From an uncultured Spirochaetota bacterium (lineage in GTDB: Bacteria > Spirochaetota > Spirochaetia > SZUA-6 > Fen-1364): DNA of 64,000 bases. A model generated the notes under the pieces. The model made no database searches, had not been told where the DNA came from, and saw nothing but the letters and a program-made list of their open reading frames with translations. Position numbers and translations under genes: made by a program. The stretch covers positions 640,001-704,000 of the forward strand of contig CAWAHW010000002.1 in the NCBI GenBank assembly GCA_963781885.1, in the 5' to 3' direction. Positions within the stretch are counted from its first letter, which is position 1. Each line of letters starts with the position of its first letter. Of this stretch, positions 20,728 through 29,552 are shown in pieces.

Positions 20728-21550
20728 GAGCCTTCCGGCCGGCGTCCCCCGGATCCGTCGGGCCCGCGGCTTCCGTCTCTACGACACGGAGGGACGCCGC
20801 TATCTCGACCTGTACCGCGATGGCGCCCTGCTCGGGCACCGGGCCGCGGGCGTTCTCACGGTCATGAAATCCGTCCTGTCACAGGGGCTCTCCACTGCGC
20901 TGCCCACGGCGTGGGAAGGGAGGCTTTTGGCTGCCGTGAGGAAGATGATCCCCGGTGCCGCCGATGTGCGCCTGTATGCGTCGCTCGATCGCGCCCTCCA
21001 GGCAGCCGGAGACCTTCTCCACACCACCCTGACCGCGGCGGAGGTCTTTGACCCCGCCCTTGCCGGAGAGGCCCTGCCCCCCGCGCCGCAGGTTCCGGCG
21101 GCGCTCTGGAGACCGCTTCTCCCCTGTCCAGCGGCATGCGACGTGCTCCTTCTTCAGCTCCCCGTCACCGTCTGCGGCGCCCCTGTGCCCGTGTGTTGTT
21201 TTCCAACGGCCGCTGGGAAGATCAGGCCTTCCGACGCCATGCCCGGCTTTGTCCTTGCCGCTGCCGTGCGCGGTCTTGCGGCCGTGACGGGTCCTGCCGG
21301 GATGCCACTTGCGGACGGCATCGCGGCAGCGGAGCGCGCAATAGACCGGGCCCCCGGTTGGAAACGCCAGGGGCCGTACGTGCGTGCCGTTTTTCCCGAA
21401 GCGGACTACCCGCGCGTGCATGCGGAGTTCCTGGCTGCCGGTGTTTTGCTCCATCCCGGCTATCCCGGGCCGAGCGTGCTTCCCGGGGAATGCTCCCCGG
21501 GGGAAAACAGGCTCCTGGCGGATCTTTTCGCCGGGATCCCGGGAGGATGA
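20717..21550 (+). CDS. Degenerate class-III aminotransferase-like protein
   Basis: N-terminus RRARGFRLYDTEGRRYLDL.....LLGH matches AT-III; only about 277 aa; translationally overlaps folE2. Confidence 0.7.
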   Translation: MQDRSLPAGVPRIRRARGFRLYDTEGRRYLDLYRDGALLGHRAAGVLTVMKSVLSQGLSTALPTAWEGRLLAAVRKMIPGAADVRLYASLDRALQAAGDLLHTTLTAAEVFDPALAGEALPPAPQVPAALWRPLLPCPAACDVLLLQLPVTVCGAPVPVCCFPTAAGKIRPSDAMPGFVLAAAVRGLAAVTGPAGMPLADGIAAAERAIDRAPGWKRQGPYVRAVFPEADYPRVHAEFLAAGVLLHPGYPGPSVLPGECSPGENRLLADLFAGIPGG

Positions 21551-21551
21551 T

Positions 21552-21851
21552 ATGGACGTCGTGAGCTTCACCCAGGATGCCTCGCACCTCGTGCTGGGAG
21601 CATTCGCCACTTTCTGCGCCATCCTCCTCTGGTCGCGCACGCGCGACCTGGCGTGGACCTTCGTGATCATCGGGGCGATCGTCTCCTATGCCGACATCGT
21701 GCTTTCGACGCTGCGGGCATTCGGCATCCTCGGCGATGAGCTTCTCCGCTACCGCGGCGTGCCCGTGCTCCAGATCGCGCTCTCCGACCTGCCGCTCCTC
21801 TTCATGGGCATCGGTTTTCTCATCGCCGTCTCCCGCAGGAGGTTGCCCTGA
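21552..21851 (+). CDS. Small 3-TM membrane protein
   Basis: GGAGG RBS; three hydrophobic segments; sits in operon context. Confidence 0.75.
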   Translation: MDVVSFTQDASHLVLGAFATFCAILLWSRTRDLAWTFVIIGAIVSYADIVLSTLRAFGILGDELLRYRGVPVLQIALSDLPLLFMGIGFLIAVSRRRLP

Positions 21852-21853
21852 CC

Positions 21854-23368
21854 ATGGCCCGCATCCGTGTCATCCCCGCACGCGACGAGGCGAACATCGA
21901 ACAGAAGGTCGTCACCTTCCTCCTTGCCGCGGTCCAGGAAAAGCCGGACTCGATTATTTCCGTGTTCGCCGGCACACCGGCATTTGGCGTCTACAGGCTT
22001 CTGGTGGACCGGGCGCGCGCCGAGGTGGTCGATTTCTCCCGCGTCCGCTTTGTCGTGTTCGACGAGCTGCTGCCGGCGGCGGCCGCGCAGAAGATGGGCG
22101 ACCGCGGCCCGTTTCGCGTCACGCTCGACGAGCGGCTCTTCATCCCACTGGGAATACCGGCGGACAACGTGATCTGCTTCTCTCTTGCGCACGACCGTGA
22201 GGCGGAGACGACGAGGGTCGCGGGGCATCTGGCGGTGGCCGGCATCGACATTGCGCTCCTTTCCGTGGATTCCCGGGGCCACATCGGGTTCCACGTCAAC
22301 GGCTCCGATCTCGACTCGAAGGCGGGAATCGTGCGAGTGGAGAACCGCGAGCGTTGGGGCGCCGTGGAGGCTTTTTCCCTCGGGCTTGCAGACCTCGCGC
22401 AGGCGTCGCGCATCCTGCTTTTCGCCGCGGGACGCAACCTCGCCGAGATCGTGCGCCGTCTGACCGAGGGGACATTCGACCCTTCGGTTCCCATCTCCGT
22501 CCTGCAGCATCACGAGGACGTCCTGCTGGTTGCCGACACCGGCGCCCTCTCCCTCGTCGCCCGCGAGGAGCGCATCCACGGCTTCTACTCGGGGTTCCTC
22601 ATCATGGACGCGCGCTCCGCGCCCACGGGGCGGAGGATACTCGTGGTGTCGCCGCACCCCGACGACGCGCCCATCAGCCTCGGCGGCACCATGGCAATGC
22701 TGAGCCAGGCGAATACCGTGACGACCGCCATCATGACCACCGGGCATCGCTCCTTCATCTATGGCACCCAGCGCGCCGAGCGCATCGCCATCCGCGAGGC
22801 CGAGGTCCAGAAGGAGTCGCGCTTCCTCGGCGTGGAGCCGCGTTTCCTGCGGCTTCCCTTCTATGATGCCAACTACGAGATCGCGGAGCGCGACCTGGAA
22901 ATATTCGGCGCTTTGCTTGCCACGTTGACCCCGGACTGGATCTTCATGCCTCACCAGAAGGACAGCCACCCCGCGCATATCGCCACGCGCGCCGTCGTGA
23001 AGGAGGCGCTGAAGCGCCATCTCGCCGGCACCGCCCGGTCCATCGAATGCTGGCAGTACGAGGGGCCCTGGGCGCTTTTCAACCGCGGCGAGTTCAACGC
23101 CATCGTCACCGTCCCGCGCATTTTTTTCGAGCGGAAGCTGCAGGCCATCCGCGCCCACGAATCGCAGGTGGCGCGCACCCCCTACGACGTGGCGGCAGAG
23201 TCGCTCGCGCGGATGCGGTCCGCGCTGGTGCCGGAGTCGGAGCTGGCGGGTTTCGGGGCGCGACCGCCGCGCCTGGATGCATGGCTGGAATTGTTCTACC
23301 GGGAAGACGTGCGCGGGGACTCGGCCGGCTCATTGCCCTTGGCGGCGACGCCGACGGCGGCGCGGTAG
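21854..23368 (+). CDS. Fusion of a glucosamine-6-phosphate deaminase-like (NagB) domain and a PIG-L deacetylase domain
   Basis: AGTP..., DE.., GHIGF, P.SVLQ.H (NagB fold); VSPHPDD, R..E, DSHPAH, KLQAIRAHESQ (PIG-L). Confidence 0.85.
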   Translation: MARIRVIPARDEANIEQKVVTFLLAAVQEKPDSIISVFAGTPAFGVYRLLVDRARAEVVDFSRVRFVVFDELLPAAAAQKMGDRGPFRVTLDERLFIPLGIPADNVICFSLAHDREAETTRVAGHLAVAGIDIALLSVDSRGHIGFHVNGSDLDSKAGIVRVENRERWGAVEAFSLGLADLAQASRILLFAAGRNLAEIVRRLTEGTFDPSVPISVLQHHEDVLLVADTGALSLVAREERIHGFYSGFLIMDARSAPTGRRILVVSPHPDDAPISLGGTMAMLSQANTVTTAIMTTGHRSFIYGTQRAERIAIREAEVQKESRFLGVEPRFLRLPFYDANYEIAERDLEIFGALLATLTPDWIFMPHQKDSHPAHIATRAVVKEALKRHLAGTARSIECWQYEGPWALFNRGEFNAIVTVPRIFFERKLQAIRAHESQVARTPYDVAAESLARMRSALVPESELAGFGARPPRLDAWLELFYREDVRGDSAGSLPLAATPTAAR

Positions 23369-23381
23369 CGACCGGCGGCGC

Positions 23382-23409
23382 AAAAAAGCCCGGCCAAGGC
23401 CGGGCTTTT
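23382..23409. terminator. Bidirectional intrinsic terminator
   Basis: AAAAAAGCCCGGCC-AA-GGCCGGGCTTTT between convergent genes. Confidence 0.9.
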
Positions 23410-23449
23410 ATTGTCTGCCGCATCGGGCGGCAGAATGGAACGGTCGGCC

Positions 23450-23635
23450 CTACTCGACCAGGATCGCCTCCGCCGGGCAGTCGCTGGCGGCGTCCCGAAC
23501 GGCCTTTTCCATATTCGCGGGCACCTCGGGGGTGATGACCTCTGCGATGTCCTTGCCCATCTTGAAGACCTGGGGCACGCTGTCCGTGCACAGGCCGCAG
23601 GCCGTGCACAGGTCGGCGTCTATCCTCACCTTCAT
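23450..23635 (-). CDS. Single-cluster ferredoxin
   Basis: CTACGLC...CPAEAI; 61 aa; AAGGAG RBS. Confidence 0.92.
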   Translation of the reverse strand: MKVRIDADLCTACGLCTDSVPQVFKMGKDIAEVITPEVPANMEKAVRDAASDCPAEAILVE

Positions 23636-23839
23636 CGTCCGCTCCTTCCTGATGTGATTTCTCACCGTGCCGCGTTCGTCGGCAGGCAGGACCACCATAC
23701 CCCAGTTGCCATCGCTTTTCAAGGATCGGGCCATCGCGCGGCCCCGGGGGGCACCCGGGGCGCAGCCGGGGAGCGGTATTGCTTGACTAAAGCAGGTTTT
23801 TCGCTATCCTTGGCAGAGAAATACCACTGGAGGCAGCGC

Positions 23840-24094
23840 ATGATTGCTCTCATCATCGGCGTCGTTCTCGTGCTTTTTGCCGTCTACGCGGTTCTTCCTT
23901 TTTCCTGGAGCCTGAACTGGTGGCAGCCCGTTCTCGAGTTCCTCAAGGGGGGAGCCCCCATTCTCGCCGTCTTCATCGGTCTGATCGCGTTCTTCGTCGG
24001 CGTGGCGGACATCAAGGACAAGATCGAGGCGAAGAAGGAAGAGGCGGAGGAAAAGGCGGAGAAGAAGGACGAGCCTGCCAAGGGAGCCACTTGA
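23840..24094 (+). CDS. Small 2-TM membrane protein with a charged tail
   Basis: GGAGG RBS; upstream TTGACT/TATCCT promoter-like boxes; FLKG..P..A..IG..A.F.G.ADIKD. Confidence 0.8.
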   Translation: MIALIIGVVLVLFAVYAVLPFSWSLNWWQPVLEFLKGGAPILAVFIGLIAFFVGVADIKDKIEAKKEEAEEKAEKKDEPAKGAT

Positions 24095-24176
24095 CATTCC
24101 CCCCCGGGGCATGCGACTGTAGCTTTCCGCGGCAGCCATGCCGCGTTTTTCCTGATCAGGGAGTGGTTGGAGAGCG

Positions 24177-24608
24177 ATGAAAACGATATTTGTAAAGCCC
24201 AGCGAGGTCGAGCACAAGTGGTACCTCATCGACGCGGAGGGGAAGGTGCTGGGACGGCTGGCGTCCCGTGTCGTGGCGATACTCCGCGGCAAGAACAAGC
24301 CTGAATACACACCGCACTGGGACATGGGCGACTCTGTGGTCATCATCAATGCCGGAAAGATCCAGGTGACGGGCCGCAAGCCCGCGCAGAAGCTCTATTA
24401 CCGCCATTCAAAATACCCCGGTGGATTCCGCGCGGAGCCCTATGAGAAGGTTTTTGCGCGCAAGCCTGCGTGGCCCCTCGAACGGGCCATCGAGGGCATG
24501 CTGCCCAAGGGTCCCATGGGCCGCAAGATCTTCAAGAGACTGAAGGTTTACGCCGGTCCCGAGCACCCGCACGCTTCGCAGAAGCCCATCAAGCTCGAGA
24601 TTTCCTGA
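24177..24608 (+). CDS. rplM: 50S ribosomal protein L13
   Basis: WYLIDAEG..LGRLAS, LRGKNKP.YTPH, YYRHS.YPGG, LKVYAGPEHPH. Confidence 0.98.
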   Translation: MKTIFVKPSEVEHKWYLIDAEGKVLGRLASRVVAILRGKNKPEYTPHWDMGDSVVIINAGKIQVTGRKPAQKLYYRHSKYPGGFRAEPYEKVFARKPAWPLERAIEGMLPKGPMGRKIFKRLKVYAGPEHPHASQKPIKLEIS

Positions 24609-24627
24609 AAGAAGCAAGGAGAATACC

Positions 24628-25020
24628 TTGGTAAAGAATCTGACGGTTGCGACAGGCAAGCGCAAGACTTCAATCGCGCGCGTCTTCCTCCGGGACGGCG
24701 CCGGCGCGGTCATTATCAACGGAAAAACGGTTGACGAATACTTTGCCGGTCTTCCCAACGCGCACAGCGTGCTCGCCCCGTTTGACGTCACCAACACCAC
24801 GGGGAAGTTCGACGTCCTGATCACCGTGAAGGGCGGTGGGATCACGGGCCAGATCGAGGCCTGCCGGCACGGCATTGCCCGCGCCCTGAACGCCTACGAC
24901 GCGACGAACCACCTTGCCCTCCGTGCCAATGGCTTCCTCACGCGCGATTCGCGCATGGTGGAAAGGAAGAAGTACGGACAGTCCGGCGCCCGCAGACGCT
25001 TCCAGTTCTCCAAGAGATAG
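24628..25020 (+). CDS. rpsI: 30S ribosomal protein S9
   Basis: TGKRKTSIARV, VKGGG.TGQ, LTRDSRMVERKKYG...ARRRFQFSKR; TTG start. Confidence 0.98.
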   Translation: MVKNLTVATGKRKTSIARVFLRDGAGAVIINGKTVDEYFAGLPNAHSVLAPFDVTNTTGKFDVLITVKGGGITGQIEACRHGIARALNAYDATNHLALRANGFLTRDSRMVERKKYGQSGARRRFQFSKR

Positions 25021-25022
25021 AC

Positions 25023-25055
25023 CAGAGGGGGAAGACCCCGCGTCTTCCCTTTCTG
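25023..25055 (+). terminator. Hairpin terminator after rpsI, lying inside the recX reading frame
   Basis: GGGAAGAC-CCCGC-GTCTTCCC-TTTCT. Confidence 0.6.
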
Positions 25056-25663
25056 TCATTTCCGTCGAGCTCAAGGGAGCCGCCGGAGAGGCGGTCCGCA
25101 TCCACCTCTCCGACGGCTCTTTCTTCATCCTCCACTCCGAGGTATTCGCGCGCACGCAGCTCGCATCGGGATCACCCTTGGACGTCGATGCCCGGGCCGA
25201 GCTCCTTCTGCGCTCGGAGAAGCTCATGGCGCGTGACCGCGCGCTCCTTCTCCTTTCCCACGCCGGCCAGACCCGTCGCGGTCTTGCCCGGAAGCTCTCC
25301 GCACGCGGCTTCAGCGCTTCCGCCGTCCGCCATGCGGTCGCGCGCATGGTGGAGCTCGGTTACCTCGATGACAAGGCATTTGCCGAGTCGTGGCTGCGGT
25401 CGCGTCTCGCCATGCGCAAGGACGGCCTGCTCGCGCTTTCCCGCGGGCTGATCGCGCGCGGGGTCCCGCGACCGCTGGCCGACGAGGCGCTCGCGGCTTT
25501 GTATCTGCCGGACGACGAGGCGGCAGTTGCCCTCGAGCTGGTGCAGGGGCTGTCCCGGGATGCGGCGATCCGTCGGCTTACGGGGAGGGGCTTTCGCGCG
25601 CGCGCCATTGCGGCTGCTCTCCGTCAGCTCAAGGGAAGAGATCGAGAACGGGACGAGGAATGA
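25052..25663 (+). CDS. recX: Regulatory protein RecX (start codon not identifiable; left boundary approximate)
   Basis: ALLLL......RRGL.RKL..RGF, GYLDD.AFA..W..SR, L..RG, RRL..RGF. Confidence 0.8.
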   Translation, partial: SVISVELKGAAGEAVRIHLSDGSFFILHSEVFARTQLASGSPLDVDARAELLLRSEKLMARDRALLLLSHAGQTRRGLARKLSARGFSASAVRHAVARMVELGYLDDKAFAESWLRSRLAMRKDGLLALSRGLIARGVPRPLADEALAALYLPDDEAAVALELVQGLSRDAAIRRLTGRGFRARAIAAALRQLKGRDRERDEE

Positions 25664-26288
25664 AATGGAATCCGTCCTCCAGCACGCGCCGCGCGAGGTC
25701 GAAAACCTCCCGCGCATTGTCCAACAGCACGGAGTCTGACGATGCGATGACGCCGTCATATGTCTTCAGGGGGTAGTCGGCGCTCTGCGCGACGTCCACC
25801 AGCACGGGGAAGGGAAGGGGCTGGAAGCGCACGCGGAGCTCCTCGGCCATGCGTCCCGAGTACGCAATGGGCGCATCGAGCCACACATCGGCGCGCACCG
25901 GGGACGACCGCCGCAAGGTCTGCACGATGGCCGGCATTGCGCGCCCGGTGAGCTCGCTGACCCTGTAGCTGCCGTGGGTTGCCGAGGCATCGCGAAGTAC
26001 GCCGTCGTCGGCGAGGAAAACCCTGCGCCCTGCCAGATAGCTTTCGACCGTGATCAGCACATTGTACCAGTCGATGCCCAGTGCTTTTCCCGTAGCGGAA
26101 AGGAGGACTTTCTTCCTGCGGCTCGATGCTGTATCATCGACGACGATGCTGCGAAACAGGCAGTTGCGTTCAAGCCGCGTGAGCCCGTGCCTGTCGCCGA
26201 CAAGTTTTAGAGATGCTTTTTCGGGATATCCTTTATTCCTGAGAAATCGATAGGTGTTGCATGCGTCGCGGAAATTATTGGTTGACAT
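25629..26288 (-). CDS. DUF434 family protein (PIN-like acidic motifs)
   Basis: FL.NKGY....SLKLVGDRH.L...ER, IDWYNVLITVES, DDG.LRD, LDAPIAYSG, ADY.LK, SSDSVLLD. Confidence 0.85.
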   Translation of the reverse strand: MSTNNFRDACNTYRFLRNKGYPEKASLKLVGDRHGLTRLERNCLFRSIVVDDTASSRRKKVLLSATGKALGIDWYNVLITVESYLAGRRVFLADDGVLRDASATHGSYRVSELTGRAMPAIVQTLRRSSPVRADVWLDAPIAYSGRMAEELRVRFQPLPFPVLVDVAQSADYPLKTYDGVIASSDSVLLDNAREVFDLARRVLEDGFHFIPRPVLDLFP

Positions 26289-26316
26289 TATGGATATAAT
26301 TGGTATACTGTATAAT
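26282..26316 (+). promoter_or_regulatory. AT-rich divergent promoter region
   Basis: TTGACA (26282), 16 bp, TATACT (26304); extra TATAAT hexamers at 26295 and 26311. Confidence 0.6.
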
Positions 26317-26363
26317 ATTGAGAAATGGCCTGGTCGCCGCGCACGACCGAAAGGATAGCAGCA

Positions 26364-26990
26364 ATGGCGAAAAAGGAAAAGAAGGTTCGCATATTTTCGG
26401 CCCTTGAAGTTGCAGATATCTGCGGCGTCGTCAACCAGACAGCAATCAATTGGATTAAAAATGGCTTCCTCAAGGCTTTCATGACGCCCGGCGGCCAATA
26501 TCGCGTCTACGCGGAGGACCTCTTCGATTTTCTCTCTTCGCGCGGCATGCGCATTCCGGAAGAGCTTGCCGAGGCGGCCGAAGACGGACCCAACTGGGAA
26601 TGCATCCTCATCGTCGATGACGACGAGAACATCAACACGCTGTTGACGCGTTACCTGAGCAGGCGCTCCCCATCGTGGACGGTCATCCAGGCATTTGACG
26701 GCTTCGAGGCCGGCAAGCTCATCAGCGCGTCCCGGCCCGGGGTGATCCTGCTGGACATCAATCTCCCCGGCATCGACGGGCACAAGCTCTGCCGGCGCAT
26801 CAAGGAGGATCCGTCGCTCGGCGGGCCGATCATCATCGCCATCACGGGTCTCACGGACGAGGACATAGAGGGGACGGTCCTTGCGGAAGGCGCCGATGCG
26901 TTCCGGCGCAAGCCGCTTGATTTCGAGAACCTGTACCAGACGATCGGAGCGCTCTCTGCTGCGCGCGTCGGGGGAGGGGGCGCGGGATGA
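26364..26990 (+). CDS. Response regulator with an N-terminal excisionase/MerR-like HTH
   Basis: FSALEVA.ICGV.NQTAINWIK.G.LKAF.TPGGQYRV; receiver ILIVDDD...LLDINLPGIDG...ITG...KP. Confidence 0.9.
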   Translation: MAKKEKKVRIFSALEVADICGVVNQTAINWIKNGFLKAFMTPGGQYRVYAEDLFDFLSSRGMRIPEELAEAAEDGPNWECILIVDDDENINTLLTRYLSRRSPSWTVIQAFDGFEAGKLISASRPGVILLDINLPGIDGHKLCRRIKEDPSLGGPIIIAITGLTDEDIEGTVLAEGADAFRRKPLDFENLYQTIGALSAARVGGGGAG

Positions 26991-27343
26991 GCGGCGGTCC
27001 CCTGATCCTCATCGTCGAGGATGAGGATTCGATCCGTCTCACGCTGCGCGACTACCTGAAAAAGAAGGGCCACGAGGTGATTGTCGCCTCCGACGGCGTG
27101 GGCGCGATCAAACAGATCCTCGACCATCCCGTCAATCTCGTCGTGACCGACTACCGCATGGACATCCTGGGCGGCGACTACTGGATCCGTTTCCTGCGCG
27201 AGTTCTGCAAGGACAAGAAGGTCATCATCACGAGCGGCTTCCTCCAGCCGGAATTCCCCATTCCCTACACGGTGGTCTACAAGCCGTACGATTACTCGGA
27301 GCTGGAGACGCTCATCCGCGCCACCCTCGCGGAGGGCTCATAG
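26987..27343 (+). CDS. Single-domain response regulator
   Basis: ILIVEDE, VVTDYRM, ITSG, KPY; ATGA overlap with the upstream gene. Confidence 0.88.
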   Translation: MSGGPLILIVEDEDSIRLTLRDYLKKKGHEVIVASDGVGAIKQILDHPVNLVVTDYRMDILGGDYWIRFLREFCKDKKVIITSGFLQPEFPIPYTVVYKPYDYSELETLIRATLAEGS

Positions 27344-27351
27344 GACGGGCC

Positions 27352-27639
27352 GTGGCGGGGGAGACGAACGCCGCATTTCACGCGTTCGTGTCGGGACGCG
27401 TCCAGGGAGTCGGCTTCCGCTACTCCGCCGTGCGGGAAGCGCGGCGTTACGGCGTCCGGGGCACCGTCTCCAACGCTGACGATGGCAGCGTCGAGGTGCA
27501 TGCGGAAGGGGACCTTGCGAGGCTGCAGCGATTTCTCGCATGGCTCCACGAGGGACCGCCGGGGGCGCACGTGCGCGAGGTCGCGGTGACCTGGGGTGCG
27601 CCCACGGGCTCCTACACGCGGTTCGACGTCTCGTTCTGA
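27352..27639 (+). CDS. acyP: Acylphosphatase
   Basis: VSGRVQGVGFR, G.V.N..DGSVEV.AEG, GPP.A.V. Confidence 0.95.
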   Translation: MAGETNAAFHAFVSGRVQGVGFRYSAVREARRYGVRGTVSNADDGSVEVHAEGDLARLQRFLAWLHEGPPGAHVREVAVTWGAPTGSYTRFDVSF

Positions 27640-27720
27640 GCTTCCATTCGCAAGCTTGCCTATTCGCGCCGCATCTGATAGAAGAGAGCGCGACCCGGGA
27701 AACATTTGAGGAGTTGCACG

Positions 27721-29550
27721 ATGTGCGGAATCTTCGGCTACGCGGGACCGGACGCGAATCCCGATGTTCTGATCGAAGGCATCAAGCGCCTGGAGTATCG
27801 CGGCTACGACTCGTGGGGCGTCTGCGTCGCCCGGGAGGACAGGCTCTCGATTCTGCGTCGTGTCGGACGCATCGGCGGGGTCGATGCCGCGGAGCTGAAT
27901 CTTGGCACGGGCAAGGCGCGTTCGGGCCTGGCGCACACGCGCTGGGCGACACACGGCGCCCCGACCGAGGCCAACGCGCACCCGCACGTCGACTGCGCCG
28001 GCCGGATTGCCGTGATCCACAACGGCATCATCGAGAACTATGCCGCGCTGCGGTCAAAGCTGATCGCGCAGGGACACCATTTCCTCTCGGAGACCGACAC
28101 CGAGGTGATTCCCCACCTCGTGGAGGAGCTCCTGAAGTCGGAGACGGATTTCACCTCCGCATTCCTTGCTGCCACGAAGCTCCTGGTGGGCGCCTACGGC
28201 ATCGCTTGCCTGTGGGCCGGGGACCCCGATTCCATCTGGGTCGCGCGGCACGGGAGCCCCATCGTCCTGGGGCTGGGCAAGAACAGGACGCTGGTCGCGA
28301 GCGACCCCGCGCCGCTGGTGGCGCACACGCGTGATGTGATCTATCTCGACGACGGGGAGGCCGCCATCCTCCACTGCGACGGCTTCGAGACGCGCACGTT
28401 GGAGGGCACCCCCGTCAGCAAGCGCGTCCAGCAGATCGCCTTCAGTCTCCCCGACATCGAGCGCGGCGGCTTTCCCCACTTCATGCTGAAGGAGATCTCC
28501 GAGCAGCCCGAGTCCATCCGCAACGCGTTTCGGGGCCGCATCGTGCGCGCGGAGGGTACGGCGCATCTTGGCGGCGTGGACGAGGCGCTGCTGCGCAAGG
28601 TGAAGAGGTGCCACATCGTCGCCTGCGGCACCTCGTGGAATGCCGGCATGATCGGCAAGTACCTCATGGAGAATCTCGCGCGCATCCCCACCCAGGTGAC
28701 ATTCGGGGCGGAGTTCCGCTACGCGCACCCGGTCGTGGAGGCCGATACGCTCGTCGTCGCCATCAGCCAGTCCGGGGAGACCGCGGACACGCTGGCGGCG
28801 GTGCGGGAAGCGAAGCTCATGGGCGCGGAAACCATCGGCATCTGCAATGTCGTCGGCTCCACCATCGCGCGCGAGTGCGGGAAGGGGATCTACATCCACG
28901 CGGGACCCGAGATCGGGGTGGCCTCCACGAAGGCCTTCACGAGCCAGCTCGTGGTCCTGAGCCTCCTCGCGGTGCACATGGGACGCATGCGCGGCATGTC
29001 GTTGCGCGCCGGCCTCCTTTTCCTCGACGCGCTGGAGCGGCTTCCCGAACAGGCCGCGCAGCTTTTGGCGCGGAAGGAGTCGATCGCCGCGCTCGCCCGG
29101 CGGTATGCCCGGTGTCGGGACTTCCTCTTTGTCGGCCGTCTCTACGAGTATCCCGCGGCGATGGAAGGAGCGCTGAAGCTCAAGGAAATCTCCTACATCC
29201 ACGCGGAGGGCGTGCAGGCAGCGGAGATGAAGCATGGCCCCATCGCGCTCATCGATGCGGATGTGCCCACCGTCGTGCTCGCCGCACAGGCGGAGATCCG
29301 CGACAAGATGCTGGGAAACACGCATGAAATCCTCGCGCGCAAGGGTCCGGTCATCGCCGTCGGGCAGGAAGGCGATGACGAGCTTGCCGCTCTTGCCACG
29401 GAGACCATATTCATCCCGAAGACGCTCGATCCGCTCGTGCCGGTGCTCGCCATCATCCCGCTCCAGCTCCTTGCCTACTTCATCGCCGTGGAGCGTGGCT
29501 GCGACGTGGACAAGCCGCGCAATCTCGCCAAGAGCGTCACGGTGGAGTAG
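27721..29550 (+). CDS. glmS: Glutamine--fructose-6-phosphate aminotransferase
   Basis: MCGIFG, LEYRGYDS, HTRWATHG, SQSGETADT, ALKLKEISY, PRNLAKSVTVE. Confidence 0.98.
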   Translation: MCGIFGYAGPDANPDVLIEGIKRLEYRGYDSWGVCVAREDRLSILRRVGRIGGVDAAELNLGTGKARSGLAHTRWATHGAPTEANAHPHVDCAGRIAVIHNGIIENYAALRSKLIAQGHHFLSETDTEVIPHLVEELLKSETDFTSAFLAATKLLVGAYGIACLWAGDPDSIWVARHGSPIVLGLGKNRTLVASDPAPLVAHTRDVIYLDDGEAAILHCDGFETRTLEGTPVSKRVQQIAFSLPDIERGGFPHFMLKEISEQPESIRNAFRGRIVRAEGTAHLGGVDEALLRKVKRCHIVACGTSWNAGMIGKYLMENLARIPTQVTFGAEFRYAHPVVEADTLVVAISQSGETADTLAAVREAKLMGAETIGICNVVGSTIARECGKGIYIHAGPEIGVASTKAFTSQLVVLSLLAVHMGRMRGMSLRAGLLFLDALERLPEQAAQLLARKESIAALARRYARCRDFLFVGRLYEYPAAMEGALKLKEISYIHAEGVQAAEMKHGPIALIDADVPTVVLAAQAEIRDKMLGNTHEILARKGPVIAVGQEGDDELAALATETIFIPKTLDPLVPVLAIIPLQLLAYFIAVERGCDVDKPRNLAKSVTVE

Positions 29551-29552
29551 CG

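Noticed and set aside
26364-26560. Excisionase HTH as a sign of a prophage or ICE
   Set aside because: The HTH is fused to a receiver domain, and there is no integrase, att site or phage gene nearby
27640-27720. glmS ribozyme upstream of glmS
   Set aside because: There are only about 80 nt of intergenic space; an AGCGC is present but the conserved core (AGCGCC...GACGAGG) and pseudoknot are not
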